Shown: positions 1 to 12,642 of the stretch, in pieces | Layout of the letters: each line of letters opens with the position of its first letter | Numbering within the stretch: position 1 is the first letter of the stretch | Assembly (NCBI GenBank): GCA_002256025.1 | Contig: NKIB01015431.1 | Span: forward strand, 1-35,925 | From: Asterionella formosa | Taxonomy: Eukaryota | DNA length: 35,925 nucleotides | Direction: 5' to 3' | Notes under the pieces: generated by a model | The model's database searches: none | What the model was told of the DNA's origin: nothing | Seen by the model: the letters and a program-made list of their open reading frames with translations, nothing else | Program-made: the position numbers and the translations under genes

Positions 1-84
1 TTTCAAATAATTATGTGAAGTATTTCAAATAATTATGTGAAGTATTTCAAATAATTATGTGAAGTATTTCAAATAATTATGTGA
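1..84. repeat. 22-bp tandem repeat (TTTCAAATAATTATGTGAAGTA) x~3.8, truncated by the window start
   Basis: Perfect direct repeats visible at the window start. Confidence 0.95.
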
Positions 85-1656
85 ACGTGATCACATAATA
101 TAGTGATGATCAGGAATGCATGCATGATACTTTGATCAAATATTTAACGTGATGTATTCAGATAATATATAGATATATTCAACTACGTATTTTGATGTAT
201 TCAACTAATTCATGTGATGCATTCAAAATCAACTAGGCTTATTTATGTGATGGTCACTTCACGTAATACGCGGCTTAGATGTAGATACACTGAATCAAAA
301 CTGATTCCTTAATAGTGTAGCAGAGAGCATTGTCTAACATAAGCTTTGTACTTGCATCAAGTTTTGATCGTTGAATTACATAAATATTTTTAGTCGAAAG
401 ATAGAGTAAAATAACGGTGGCTTACAGCTTTTAAGTGGTACCAGGTACCAGGTAGGTAGGCAACAGGGACCAAGCAGGTACCCGAGGTAGTAGCACCCTA
501 AGCGCTTGTATATAAATTACCGGTATTTAGCTTAGATTATTCGATTCTTTTCTATAGATAATATATCTATCGGTCTAGCACTACGGAATAACTGTGTAGT
601 TGTCGTGAGTGGCTGGAGTATGCAAAAACAGTGTAATATATGAAAATATGTTTATCCATGTATGACTGCATATGGTGTCCTGGAATATTTCATGACATTT
701 CATGACTTCCTTGCTCATAGTATCCGAAATGGCTTGCTCTCTCCAAAATAGGTATGCATAGTATACATATGCATATCATTACATGATATCAATCAACAAC
801 CTCCTCAATACATAGATCATCATCTCTTCATCCTCTTCCGGTCAAATGAGACCAGCCAGAGATGGTTTCCCTTCCTCGTCTCCAAGGCTCCTAGAACCTC
901 GCCGTCTCCAGAAAGAGCAACAGTCATTTCTCCTGATTACGGAACTCGTGTACTCCCTCTATTGCAAGAGGAGAGCAGAGGCATAACACACAAGAAGATG
1001 CATTGCTATGAGAATGTAACTGTTATGAAATAAAGTTTAATTTTTTAATGTCAGATAAGTAATCCAAAATATCACCACTATCTGAGCGCAATGTCAATAT
1101 TATGTAGAAAATCACCAAAATGATTTGTCTTATAATACACACATGATATAATTTTTTTATTATCAGAGCGCTCCTACTATCATTTCAGTTTAACATATAT
1201 TGAACCTCTGTTGTATCTTTGAACTACCACCATGGAACCCTAGGGGCGTTCAGAGTACTAGATAAATGCAGTAATAGAAGTACCAGTATTATATATAGTG
1301 GATACAGGATCGCTGCAACGACTTGTTAGACTATGGGCTACTACATCCCACTAAACCTATTGCTGTTTCGAAATCAATAAAGAGATCTTCTAGAACAATA
1401 AAATAATGCAAAGCCCCATGAAAAATAGGTCATACTGGAGTTAGTAAAGACTCTTCTTCATGAATACTGGGAAGATTCTCTTTCCTTTAGATTCAATGAA
1501 TCCTGCTATACCCTCAAGATCAAGTTCACCATAATCTATGGATAACATCATCTACCACCATATTCTCCAATAACCACTGTAAATCATGTAGTGAGTGAGT
1601 TCCGTCCACCCTCGAAACGGTCAACCTTCTGGAATGACACCATATTGACTGAATCA

Positions 1657-3147
1657 TTATCTTGTAGACAGCAACAAGTCAATATCCATCTCTCTTGGAA
1701 GCATCTTTTTACTTGGTTTGGAATATGGCATTTTTACTCGTATGTGATCGTCGTTGGAACATGATTCATTTGCTTGATTGTCAGTGTCGTGTTTGCGGAA
1801 GACTAGTTGGTGCTCCATGCTGACAGCACGCCGAGGAGATTTGGAAGAACTACTGTCATTGCTGTTTGATGAATTCATGACTTTATTGCTGTTTTTGTTA
1901 CTTGGGGATGACAACAAACGACTTTGTAAAGGAACAGGCGAATAATGGCTCATCAAGGTTGATGACACAGGCAATGGTGCTGTTCCTTCAGACCGTTTGC
2001 CACGCCAATCTTGTGCCCCATGGCGACCTTCTCCTGGTTCTAGCTCAACAATAGCCTCCTCCAATTGGGAAACACGATTCTGCAATGCCTGAATCAACTG
2101 ATTTTGGTTGTGATTTTGGTACGAGATTGTGTCAACAATTTCTTGCAATTGTTTCATAAGTGTCATCAAGATGCAGAGCTGTTGTGCAAGCAGAATTGCT
2201 GTGTCATCCATTGCTTTAGAGCTCTTACTAAAAGTAGACTCGTCAACCAGTTGTGCCAATATCTTGTCGTAGTCTTCTTTTTGTTCAAATTGTTTTTCAC
2301 CAAAAGTTGAACTGCAAACGAGATTGGCGCTTCGTTTCAAAGGCGTCCTTGAGAAGCAAGACTCTTCTAAGCTCAACCCGGAGATTTCTTCGTGCAAGGG
2401 TACAATGGAAGGAAGTCCATTGTTCCATTCTAGTCCCCTCGGGATGGATGTACCTCGAGAAACTTCTCCAGCTGCCTTCAGTTTGGCTATTGTTGGAAGT
2501 GTTCCCCCACAGGGATTCGACTTCCTCGAGACGAAATTATCACAGAACTTGCTATAATCTCGTGTGGTACGGGGAATCGTCGTGGAATTGGCTTGAAACA
2601 GAGGTTGATTGTGTAGCACGGGGAGTGGTATAGTACTATCGGTAGTAGTGGGAATCATACACAAAGGAGCAGTGGCATCAAATTTATCACATTCTTCTGA
2701 CCTGTTACAATCGTGATTTTCTGGAAACTGACACATATTCTCTTCTTCTTTAGGTCCTCTGTCACCCTCTTCGTTTCGAAGCTTTCCCGTGTCGTCAAGA
2801 TTAGCAATGCTATTTCTGGGTGAAGTTTCAAATTCCGTTGGAAACGATGAATAATCTCCAATACGAGGTGGATTCAACCTCTCACTTCCAAAACGGTGTC
2901 CAATAATTTCCTCGAGGGCAGCATGTTCAACGAATTTCGGCTCCTCCCAGCTCTGTTGTTCGTCGTTTAGTTGCAGGATTTCCTCTTTCAATCTCGCATT
3001 TTCTTCCATTAGTTCGAGGAAAAGCTGGTGCTGAATTCGACTTAAGCCGAGGAATTCGATTGTTTGGTGCGAGGATTCCAGATCATGTGAAAAGAAAGAT
3101 TTTGCGAGCACTTGCACGCGTGACCTAGTTTCCTGATGTTGATCCAT
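1657..3147 (-). CDS. Hypothetical 496-aa protein with two predicted coiled-coil segments and Ser/Asn-rich low-complexity regions
   Basis: Long uninterrupted ATG-TAA ORF; heptad-like segments (LELMEENARLKEEILQL; LIQALQNRVSQLEEAIVEL); no recognisable domain. Confidence 0.75.
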   Translation of the reverse strand: MDQHQETRSRVQVLAKSFFSHDLESSHQTIEFLGLSRIQHQLFLELMEENARLKEEILQLNDEQQSWEEPKFVEHAALEEIIGHRFGSERLNPPRIGDYSSFPTEFETSPRNSIANLDDTGKLRNEEGDRGPKEEENMCQFPENHDCNRSEECDKFDATAPLCMIPTTTDSTIPLPVLHNQPLFQANSTTIPRTTRDYSKFCDNFVSRKSNPCGGTLPTIAKLKAAGEVSRGTSIPRGLEWNNGLPSIVPLHEEISGLSLEESCFSRTPLKRSANLVCSSTFGEKQFEQKEDYDKILAQLVDESTFSKSSKAMDDTAILLAQQLCILMTLMKQLQEIVDTISYQNHNQNQLIQALQNRVSQLEEAIVELEPGEGRHGAQDWRGKRSEGTAPLPVSSTLMSHYSPVPLQSRLLSSPSNKNSNKVMNSSNSNDSSSSKSPRRAVSMEHQLVFRKHDTDNQANESCSNDDHIRVKMPYSKPSKKMLPREMDIDLLLSTR

Positions 3148-3600
3148 TGTGAAACATACAAGTAAATTTATGTTTCATTCAGTAGATTTAGGAAGTGAAC
3201 CTACCTACACCGCCATGGGAATCATTCATGCCAGGTCGTTTCACCTACCGGTATGGGATTCAATCTTGGCTGAGTCATATTGGTATATACGACACAGGGA
3301 TCTTTCATACTCATTAGGCTGATTTCAGTCTCTCTTTGAGGCACGTCAGTTTGAAAACTTGATCGTAAAATAACGACTCAACCCCTCATACCGGTACGTA
3401 GGATTAAAAAAAATATTAGTCAGAGTAGTCAAACACACACTTCTTAAGAGGAAAAAATAAATGTATGTACCGATAAACGGAGCTGTCACCAATATACCGG
3501 TATACCCTTTCCATAAAATATGCTCAGTTACTGTCTTCTGACAAAGGACCAGTAGGTACATATCGAAGAAGGTCAACGATCGTCAGGATGTAGGATCTGG

Positions 3601-3722
3601 GGCGAGAAAGTGCAGAAAGGAACTTCGGTTTTTTACTGTGCTGAAAATAGTGGATTTTACTGGGCCAACTGGTTTGTTTGGCCTAGTGAAAATACCGAAG
3701 TTCCTTTCTGCACTTTCTCGCC
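3601..3722. repeat. Hairpin/MITE-like inverted repeat with perfect 29-bp arms
   Basis: GGCGAGAAAGTGCAGAAAGGAACTTCGGT (3601-3629) and its exact reverse complement (3694-3722); related copy at 18131-18241. Confidence 0.9.
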
Positions 3723-3758
3723 AAAAGTTATCTTCTGGCGCTATATGAAGAAGATTGC

Positions 3759-3880
3759 CTACCGGTATGTACTTAATTCTTCTTCAAACCCTGCCAATGT
3801 TGAGCTATTGTTGTCCAAAAATTCGACAAAATCGGCCTTCTCAACGGTCTCTAATATGTCGGAATCAGAATCACAAGTCC
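3759..3880 (-). pseudogene. Coding relic of a repeated ORF family (SDSDILETVEKADFVEFL), copy 1 of 3
   Basis: Homologous segments at ~18325-18390 and ~19543-19625 differ mainly at third codon positions. Confidence 0.6.
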
Positions 3881-4579
3881 TCGCCATGTGGCTGACGTGA
3901 TCAAGCATTTCAGAATGTGTTTGCATGAAAAGGAACATGCAAAAAATTTCAAATGTATCAGCAATGTATAACATTTATAAAAATTTGCAAATGTATAAAT
4001 ATATTTGCGGTTGAACATTTCCATAATTCAAAGACACTCTTTATTGGGCACATAATATCATCAATTCAACTAATGCATGATTATTTCATTGGTTTCCACG
4101 ACCTGAAGTACTGTTTATGAATTCTACATGTCAATTCTTTTATCTACTATAAAGCAGGGATATATATATGCCCCTCAATAAGCAGGAGAAATATCGCATT
4201 TTTCATATGGTATAAACCATATATTTATAACAATGAAATATTGACCATGAATTATAGTCAGGAGACTGCGGAAAAATTCATGGCCTGCATACACTAAACT
4301 TCGTACTATTTACTTGTATCATGGAAGTACCACCATAATACAACAGAAAAGAATATCACACTTTTAGGATCATTCAATCTTGCTTTTCATATCAATTTAT
4401 CCTACCTCGTAAATTATATTTTGATTGGTTCATTTTATCATATCAATCAATGATACCGTTGATCATATGATCAGTATGTTTTGATCAAATGTAAAGGATA
4501 TACGATCAAACTTTTTTCAGATCATATTGTCGCTGTTCTGGTGTCAAATTCTTTTCCTTATATCTAATTATTAACTACA

Positions 4580-5000
4580 TCATGTCAAGAACAGGAACTG
4601 TCTCCTTGAAAGAGAAAGGAATGATGAGCACAACAGGACCAAGCTTGGAGATGAGGTCATCTTGACACCGAAAAGTCATACAAAAACTGCTGGAGAATGA
4701 TTTGCATGTATGTGTGCCTGTAATAAATGGGCATACCAAAACATGCCACTGAAGAAGAAAAAGGGAAGAGAAACGAATTTTATGGCTAGTGTTAGATCAT
4801 GCCTATCAGAAGAAGTGATGTCGATGTCAAGGAAAAAAAATTTTCCAAGAAAATTTCGTCAGTACATATTTGCTTCCCATCATGTCATTCAATCGACTCA
4901 GGCCAATTCAATCAATAATTATAGCGGCAGTGTTATCAGCTTTGTCCAGTTGCAATCGAAGGCCTTGTAGAAAAAATGAAGACTCAGGTGCTGCATCGAT
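4580..5000 (+). mobile_element. Pseudogenised C-terminal fragment of an IS630/Tc1-mariner-type DDE transposase
   Basis: Frame from 4641 reads KLGDEVILTPKSHTKTAGE*FACMCACNKWAYQNMPLKKKKGRETNFMASVRSCLSEEVMSMSRKKNFPRKFRQYIFASH, then (shifted) PVAIEGLVEKMKT-RCCID. This resembles the recalled PKxHxELxxxxExxW...RKFxRRxRxY...KTHR tail of this family; in-frame stop and frameshifts present. Confidence 0.65.
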
Positions 5001-5499
5001 GTGCCTTGGGCTTCTATTACTAACTTGCTGTAATGCATGTCAATTGATTGAGCAACTATCAATATCGTATATATACTTAGAATATTCTCTATGTTAGAGT
5101 TTTGTCTGTCATCAGACTATCAATAACTTCGTCTTGGCTTTTTCTGTGTTGTATACAAAGCGACTGATGATGATAAACAAATAAATGCATTACTTTTACT
5201 GGTACATCATGATCCTACAATGAAACTTAAACACATGAACATAATAGGAACAATTCATTGCTATAATAATTACATGAATAGTCGAAACGGTAATTATTTA
5301 ATTTACGACCATAATTTTCGTAATTTATAGATGATATATTGAAATAAAATGATCAGATAATCATAATCATAGGATGCATCATACAAATATGATGAGTTTT
5401 TTTGCAGGCATAGTAGTAGTCGAAATGAAAACCAAAAATTCCCTGAAAGGATGTTACACCCCCAACGTGTCAATGGGAAAGTTTCCACCACGTGTAACT

Positions 5500-7250
5500 A
5501 GGAATAGTCTGTATTGATTGTAGTTCATGGCGTGAGAGTTCGCTAGAAACAAACAGAAGAATAGCAATGTCACATCTGCTTCAAATGTGATGGCTGCAGA
5601 ATCTCTCCAGGTCCAAAATGGGCATTAATTGTTGGTTCTAACCATGAGGTGAATGTCCAAAGATCAACTTGTACTTAGACATGAAACATTTCGACCAGTC
5701 ACCAGACTGGAGAGTCAATAACCAACATGGAAACTTCTTGGAATGAATCAAGGCTGTGTGTCTTCTGGCAAACGAAATGACACCTGCTGCTTGAGCTCAA
5801 CAATGGGATGGAAATGGAACAAATTATTGATCTTCATATTCGTGCTGGTTAGAGTTCCAGTCATTTTTCCTATTTTTATCCTATTTGCCAAGTCATCAAT
5901 CAACTTCTTGCTCTCAGGCACCTTGTTTTGAAAATTGCCAATAATTGTGTTAAGTTTACTCATTTCAGTCAACACTTCTTTTAATTCGAACTTCGTGTCT
6001 TTCAACAGATTCCAATCCTGAATTAGAGGCCAAAGCCTTCACATAGTTATTCAGAGTAGATGAAAATATTTTGAAAATTGCCCATAATTGTGTTAAGTTG
6101 AATCATTTCAGTCAACACTTCTATTAAATTCGAACTTCGTGTCTTTCAACAGATTCCAATCCTGAATTAGAGGCCAAAGCCTTCTCGTAGCTATTCAAAG
6201 GAAATTGAAAGGTGATTCTTGACCTTGGACTTTCGATACTCCATCGTGATATCAGCCATGTAGGCGAAAAATTCCCAATAAAACATGAGCAACAATGGAC
6301 ACATTGTCTCTATCGTTAAAAGATTGTTATTCTCCTGATCATGCAACTTGCATATTGAAAAAAGATGGAGAAAGATTTGTTTCTTGGCCTTTGACTTAAA
6401 GAATGAAGACAAAGATGTCACATAGGAACTTCATCTAATTCTCCAATTCCTGGAAGGGAACGTGCTCTCGTAGTACCAATGGTCATAACCAATTGGTTGA
6501 ATTTTTCATTTTACTTGGCAGTGGTGTCACTGCCATCTTTGGTCTCAATGATAGATCCCAGTCCAAAAATTGCTCCCCAAAGAGTAGGACCGGCGAATGG
6601 GACAACTATTTTACGTGGCATAGAACCAACCAAAGTTTGTACTTCTTAGACTCTCAATTCAAGACTTAGCTTCTTAAAATTTTGATCTGTAAAAGACCGG
6701 TTGGTATTATCAGTTGAGGAAATTATTATAGGGTCTGTCTGTATAAGACTGCTTTTACTTTTACCCGTCACAGAAGTGAGTGTCGTGGTTACCAATAATT
6801 CAATGTATTAAGAATCAATAAGGTTATGTATGATTGTAAGGTATGCAGATATTCCCTCTCTGAATCTTTCATGGATTTTTCCTGAGCTTTGCTTTGATAA
6901 CAAACTCTTCTTCGGCCCAAAACACACTACCAGCACTTGACTCCTAAGCACCAGCTGCCACCAAATTCTTTAACCTCTATTCATCTAGTTTAGCAGAATG
7001 ATCCAACCACTGTTGTAGTAACTTGAGATTCAATTGTTTTGCAAAATAGAAAGGTTGACTGAATACCTATCCAGGACCTTTCATCACACATAAATTGCCA
7101 TGAAGAGTTGCATTATGTCTACCCTCATGATTAAACCTGCATTTAGTGTGCACACAAAAAGTACCTCCTTGCCCAATCATTTTCAAGCACACCAAACATT
7201 CTTCCCCCAAAACAATCACCTTGAAAAGATCCCCATCCTCTAGTGGCACG
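5500..7250 (-). pseudogene. Degenerate TE-like ORF relic (Cys/His cluster followed by coiled-coil fragments)
   Basis: Same-strand broken ORFs: CLVCLKMIGQGGTFCVHTKCRFNH (7067-7249) and a helical K/E/L-rich fragment (5748-6005); many stops; family not securely identified. Confidence 0.35.
5926..6197. repeat. Tandem duplication, period ~143 bp, 2 copies
   Basis: 5926-6053 is nearly identical to 6069-6197 (shared TTCGAACTTCGTGTCTTTCAACAGATTCCAATCCTGAATTAGAGGCCAAAGCCTTC). Confidence 0.95.
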
Positions 7251-7787
7251 CACCAGTAATTGATATTGATATGGCAGGAGTAAACACCTGATAGTATTCA
7301 ACTTCTCTGTATGATAAAGTGACGGTGCCAAACTCATCCCCCCCCCTCCCCCCTCCTGCATGCTGCCACTGGGGTGGAGCCAGAGGCCCGCAATCGACTG
7401 AGTAGGTCGCTCAGAAGAAAACAAAATCAGCACAACTGCGGTAAACCTAGTAGCCTAATCAGCGGCAACATCCACAGCAGTTGTCACATGCAACCTTCAC
7501 CATAGTCAAACGACGTGTATATTTTCCGGGTTGTTTAGCCTGTTTTTCCTGTAAGTAAAACTTCTTTTTCGAGTTGCACAGAAGTTTCAGTTGAACCTCT
7601 CAACAAATGCCTATAGTACTTCATGTTACTATTTAGATACCCCTCAAGCACAATATAGCATGTGAAAACCACTAACAATGTTAAATCAACCAGCTGATCG
7701 ACAATGGTGGTGCTTTTGGTGGTTGCATTGATGAACCAATGAACAGGTATAATGATAACAAACTAAAGTAATTAATGATTAGAGGCT

Positions 7788-8440
7788 ATCAAATGTTTTG
7801 AGGCACTTTGGCAATCTGATGGATCTGAAAGCCATTTGCTAGGCGATTTGCATAAAATGGCATTTCCAAAAATTGATCTCTGAACAATCCATCCACGTAT
7901 CTCAATTTTCCACACCTCCATCACTATGCCTGTCCATTGAGCTACCCATTTGTTCCTTCCCTTGTCCCTTCCGCTCAGGCAGTTGATTGTGATGTTGTTT
8001 GAAATTGTCACTGATTGGTTCCTTGTCTGATTGCCAATGTCCACAACCTTGAAGGATGTTTCTTAGACTTTCAGTAAAGCAGCTTTCTTGCAAACCAATC
8101 CCCATATCATCATTGTAATTGCTGCTTCCACAGGAAAGAAGAGGAATGAAAATGACAACTGAGTGAGATTCTGGTGGACAAAGTTGTGTGACAATATCTT
8201 GTTGGTTGCTCTCACTTACTGGTGTTGGAAACTCACTCTGTTTGATTGTCATATCAGGGACACTCTGTGCACAATGCCCCTCAGTTCCAGGCGACTGCCT
8301 CAAAACAGCATTGTAGACTTGTTCACCAAGATGAGAAAGCTTAAGTCTGCAATGCTGCCAAGATTCGCCTAGAGATGAAGAAGTTGAAAATCGAAATGCA
8401 GCGATCGACCCATACTATTTCGCTTCAGTCGATTGGCATC
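7788..8440 (-). mobile_element. Dispersed repeat, inverted homolog of ~18430-19405; probable non-LTR retrotransposon 3' relic
   Basis: Reverse complement shares GATTGTTCAGAGATCAATTTTTGGAAAT, ATGCAAATCGCCTAGCAAATGG and TTTCAACTTCTTCATCTCT with the 18.5-19.4 kb region, in colinear order. Confidence 0.7.
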
Positions 8441-9288
8441 ATGAAAACCATATTTATTTAGCGAAGAACACACAAGACTGATTAGGATTCTTTTTTTAAT
8501 GACTTTCAATTGCCCATTTTATTAACGAACGTTTGAAGCGCAAAAGGTTGCGCATGTGGTGTGAAAAACCCTTGTGCTTTAACAGCTTGTGCATATTTTG
8601 ATCGTTGGCAACAGTTTTGGCTCAAGCCATAACAATTTTTTATGATTATTCAGACATATTTTAACTTCAACCAAGGTGTCTAACCAGAATGTGCAACATG
8701 TCTTTTGTCCAGGAGTCATATATGCCTGCTCCAATGGACATGCTGTATGTGTCTTTTACCATGAATCTCCTGGTTGCCTTGTATGTACGACGTAAAATAC
8801 TCGTACTGTAACAACGGTACCAGGTACTGGTATCAAGGACATGATGTCCATAATGTATCAACGGTATCGGTAATAACAATCCTACAACAACAACTCTGCG
8901 GGGACACATTCATACTGCCCATCCGCTAATAATAAAACAAGCAAATTGGCGGTTAGGATGTGACCGCACTATAACTCCAGTCATCAGAATGTGACCGCAC
9001 AATGAATCCAGTCATCATTAGTCAGGGCGGAGTACCGGTACGGCCAGTATCATTGGAAACTGGCCTGTGTTCTTGATGAGTAAAATTGAGGTCATAGCGT
9101 AGCTACTTCGTGTTTTATGAATGGATTGTTAATCGGTAGGCATTAATTAATACGAGGTTACAGACTACCCGTTAAGTGGTTGCAAACTTTTAAACTAAAT
9201 CGTGGCAAACTTGTAGAATCCTGCCTTTTCTGCCTCGGTTGTTTATAAATAACAAATGCAACATCTTACAGAATAAATGTAATGATTC

Positions 9289-9864
9289 TTAATCGGAATC
9301 CGAATCCGAATCCAAATCCAAATCCAAATCTCGAGGGAAGATTCTGGTAGAACACAAAATTGATTTTTGTAGAGTGCCTTCGGATGACGACTTCTCACCT
9401 CGGTTGAAGTCGTTGCTGACTTCTTCATCGTCCTCATGATCTCTGATAGGTGGCGCTAGCGACGATTCCGAAATGATTGAATAAGTACGACCGGATTCTA
9501 AGTCATTTGAACGTCTGCAGTAGCTGGAGACATCAAGATGAATGACCGCAGAATCACGCGGGCTCCTGCTGTTCGCCAAGTCATGTTTCTGCTGGTCCTC
9601 GTCAAGTGAGCCAAAATCTGTCATTGAGACTTCCAAATCTTGGCTCCCGTTCTTTTTAATGGAAGAGCGAAGAGGAAGTCCTTCTGATTCATACCGAGTC
9701 ACATGCCTGCGTTGCTGATGTGGATCGTTGTTCTCGGTGAATTCTTTCGTTGTTCGCTCTAAGGAACGAATTCGAGCTTGCAAAGATTCGATCAATTCAC
9801 GCTGTTGTTGATTTTCACGTGTAAGCATGGCAATAAGCTCAGTCAATTCCGTCGTTTCGTTCAT
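9289..9864 (-). CDS. Hypothetical ~191-aa protein with an N-terminal coiled coil and an acidic (DL/DS)n tail
   Basis: ORF 9289-9939; first ATG at 9864 (MNETTEL); heptads LTRENQQQRELIESLQARIRSLE; hexamer microsatellite at ~9291-9330 encodes the tail. Could be one exon of a larger gene. Confidence 0.6.
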   Translation of the reverse strand: MNETTELTELIAMLTRENQQQRELIESLQARIRSLERTTKEFTENNDPHQQRRHVTRYESEGLPLRSSIKKNGSQDLEVSMTDFGSLDEDQQKHDLANSRSPRDSAVIHLDVSSYCRRSNDLESGRTYSIISESSLAPPIRDHEDDEEVSNDFNRGEKSSSEGTLQKSILCSTRIFPRDLDLDLDSDSDSD

Positions 9865-9870
9865 GATGAG

Positions 9871-10680
9871 CTGGGATGGAGAGCGGCGATGGTTCGATGT
9901 GATGACCTTTAAATAGGAGTAACATCCAACAATAACCACCAGTTGATAGATTTGCTGTCACACCAAAATGTATGTAAGTACCTGTACACATAATATGTAC
10001 CAGGTAGACTACCCTTTCCCTCTATTGATACAGTAGTTTCGTTGCAGACTGCCGGCATACCGTTATTCCAGTACACTTCGGCACACAGTGTACCGGTAAC
10101 AAGCATCGAGAAAAACACGACAGCTGCCCCGGTATTTATATACCATAGTAAAACAACACAAATAGACGTACAGGTACATAGTAAGATCCACACACCGCGC
10201 ACCAAATCCGAACAATCATGGTGAAGAAATTAATCGTGTGGAATGAACAGAATACCCGGTACAATAATGGGTGAGAAATAATGCAAAAGCAAGTTTTTGT
10301 ATGTCCAAGAAAGTGGCAGGTCCTGTTGAAATACCGGTATATGCCGCCTCCTCTAGCGCGCTCCAGTATTGCCCTGGAATGACCGGTCAAGAAATTCTGG
10401 GATGGAGAGCGGGGATGGTTCGATGTGATGACCTCTAAATAGGAGTAGCATCAAACAATAACCACCATTTGATAGATCTGCTGTCACACATTTTATAGTA
10501 AAACAATACAAATATTCGTACCGGTATATAGTCAGACCGGCACAACGCGCACCAAATCCGAACAGTCATTGTGAAGAAATGAATCGTGTGGAATGAACAG
10601 AATCACAATGATAGGTGAGAAATAATGCACAGGCAAGTTTTTGTTACGTCCAAGAAAGTGGCAGGACCTGTTAAGATATA
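9871..10680. repeat. Diverged tandem duplication of the upstream region of the 9289-9864 gene
   Basis: 9871-9963 matches 10397-10489 and 10136-10333 matches 10491-10680; ~170 bp (9964-10135) is present only in the first copy. Confidence 0.9.
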
Positions 10681-11747
10681 ATAACTCCACATGGACCCTT
10701 CGCATCATAGATGCGTCGCTACACTTTGGGGGTTCAGCCAATCATATCTCCACATATAGGTAGCATTTTTACATGTGCGATGGGGTTGAACTTTTTACAT
10801 GGTGACCTAACACAATACATACATAAGTACCTGGTACCAGGTGGCATGTTTAAGTCTCACCATCGCTCATCCCGCAATCATGCATGCATCTGTTTCGTTT
10901 TAGTAGGAGCAGGTACTACCAGGCTACTAGAACCTATACTAGCACAAGGTACAGGTACAGTGTAACAGCACACTCTGGTATATGCCGGTGTATATAACTG
11001 GTACATATTCATAGAATACAGGTACAATTATTATAAATCTTGACTGGATTTCAGGCAAAAGCCATAGCTGATAAGCAAAACTGCCAGAGGAGGAGAGCTG
11101 ATTGGTTGTGCTATCACAGAACCAAGGGAAGATCTGATTGAATGATTGGATGATTGGAATGAAGACTGCCTTTGATGAAATAAACGTAGAGAATAAACCC
11201 AGAAGATGGATTGCAGCTGCATTTGCAACATATGGGCAGGACAGGATCCTTGGTCAGCCTTCTTAAACAGTTTTGTTTTTGTAAACTCACTGAGTTTTTG
11301 CATCAGACCAGCCATGTCAGTAATTCATATTATCATGACATGATATGGAAAGACATTGTAATGGCGTCCTGCATAATGTACAAAGCTAGCTTGCTCAGTG
11401 CAAACAATAGTTGAAATAGCAGAAAATGAAGGTTTGAGGAATTACTTGGGTAGTGTGCTGCACATTTGTGAACACTAATTCATTCATCATAAGTGATATA
11501 CATTCATGCAAAGTAAAACGCAATTTAGCTACCAGGGCAGATCATGGTTGGATAAGTTACTAAGAAAAGAGAAATTTCAAAAAGTCAAATGATAGATAGT
11601 ATACAACAAGGTACTATCAATATATCATTCATGAAACAAGCAAGTACCATCCTCCAGATCAGGCCACCATACCATTTCATAACAAAACCACACTATTTGG
11701 TTATGCTTGTTGGTGCGTTCCAACTACTGATTCTCTTATAACTCCTT

Positions 11748-12435
11748 TCCTTGATGTTGGACAGCTCAATAGACTGGGAAGTCGTTTAGAATTTGATGGT
11801 ATCCATATCTCATTCTCAAAATAATGACTAAGGATGTGAAATGGTCACCATTTGCTTTTGTAGCATAAGCACGCATAATTGAAATGATATGTTCCCACTT
11901 CTAATAGTTATTCAATAACTTTACGATTATGAGACCTTTTCACAGCACAATTGACTGAGAAGTAGTATAGAGTAAGATAGTATCCCTATCACATTCTCAA
12001 CACAATGACCAAGGCCATGGAATGGTCACCATGTGCTTTTATACTAGCATATATGCGCATAATTGAAATGACATGTTCCCACTACTGTTTATTCAATAAC
12101 TTTACAACTATGACACTTTTCCATGATGTTGGACAGCCTGATTGACTGAGAAGTAGCATAGAGTACGATAGTATCCATATCTCATTCTCAGAACAATAAC
12201 CAAGGTCATGGAATCATGGTCACCACGTACTTAGCATACACACACAAAATTGAAATGATATGAGCCCACTAATACTACTGTGGAAATGGTATTTTCTCTC
12301 TTCTGATTCTTCCATGCATAGCATTATGAAAATGAAACCTTTCCAATATGTTGGACAGCTCAACTCACTGGGGAACTCATACAAAGTTAAAAATCATTCA
12401 TATTTAATTCTTGCTACATCGACCAAGACCATGGG
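11748..12435. repeat. Diverged satellite, ~185-bp unit, ~3.5 copies
   Basis: Recurring ATGTTGGACAGC, CATTCTCA, ATGGTCACCA and AATTGAAATGA blocks at ~180-220-bp spacing. Confidence 0.9.
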
Positions 12436-12560
12436 CAGGTGCGTTACTAGGGGGTATCATAAAATAGGAAAGTATTAATAGCTCAGAAAGCGTAACATGT
12501 ATATTTCCTGATGACTAGATGCTCAGTATGATCAACCGTAAGCATAGCCCTATCCTGGTA

Positions 12561-12642
12561 ATTCATAATTGTCAAGTGAACCAAGAACAGACATCTCAGT
12601 TATTCATAATCGTCAAGTGAACCAAGAACAGACATCTCAGTT
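12561..12642. repeat. 41-bp tandem duplication
   Basis: ATTCATAATYGTCAAGTGAACCAAGAACAGACATCTCAGTT x2, one mismatch. Confidence 0.95.

Noticed and set aside
1..84. Possible CRISPR array
   Set aside because: Contiguous 22-bp repeats without spacers; eukaryotic context; no cas genes
9865..9939. N-terminal extension of the 216-aa ORF from a non-ATG start
   Set aside because: Eukaryotic context favours the ATG at 9864, and the extension lies in the duplicated upstream block
11031..11740. Possible further retrotransposon relic
   Set aside because: Looks like decayed coding DNA but has no motif I can assign
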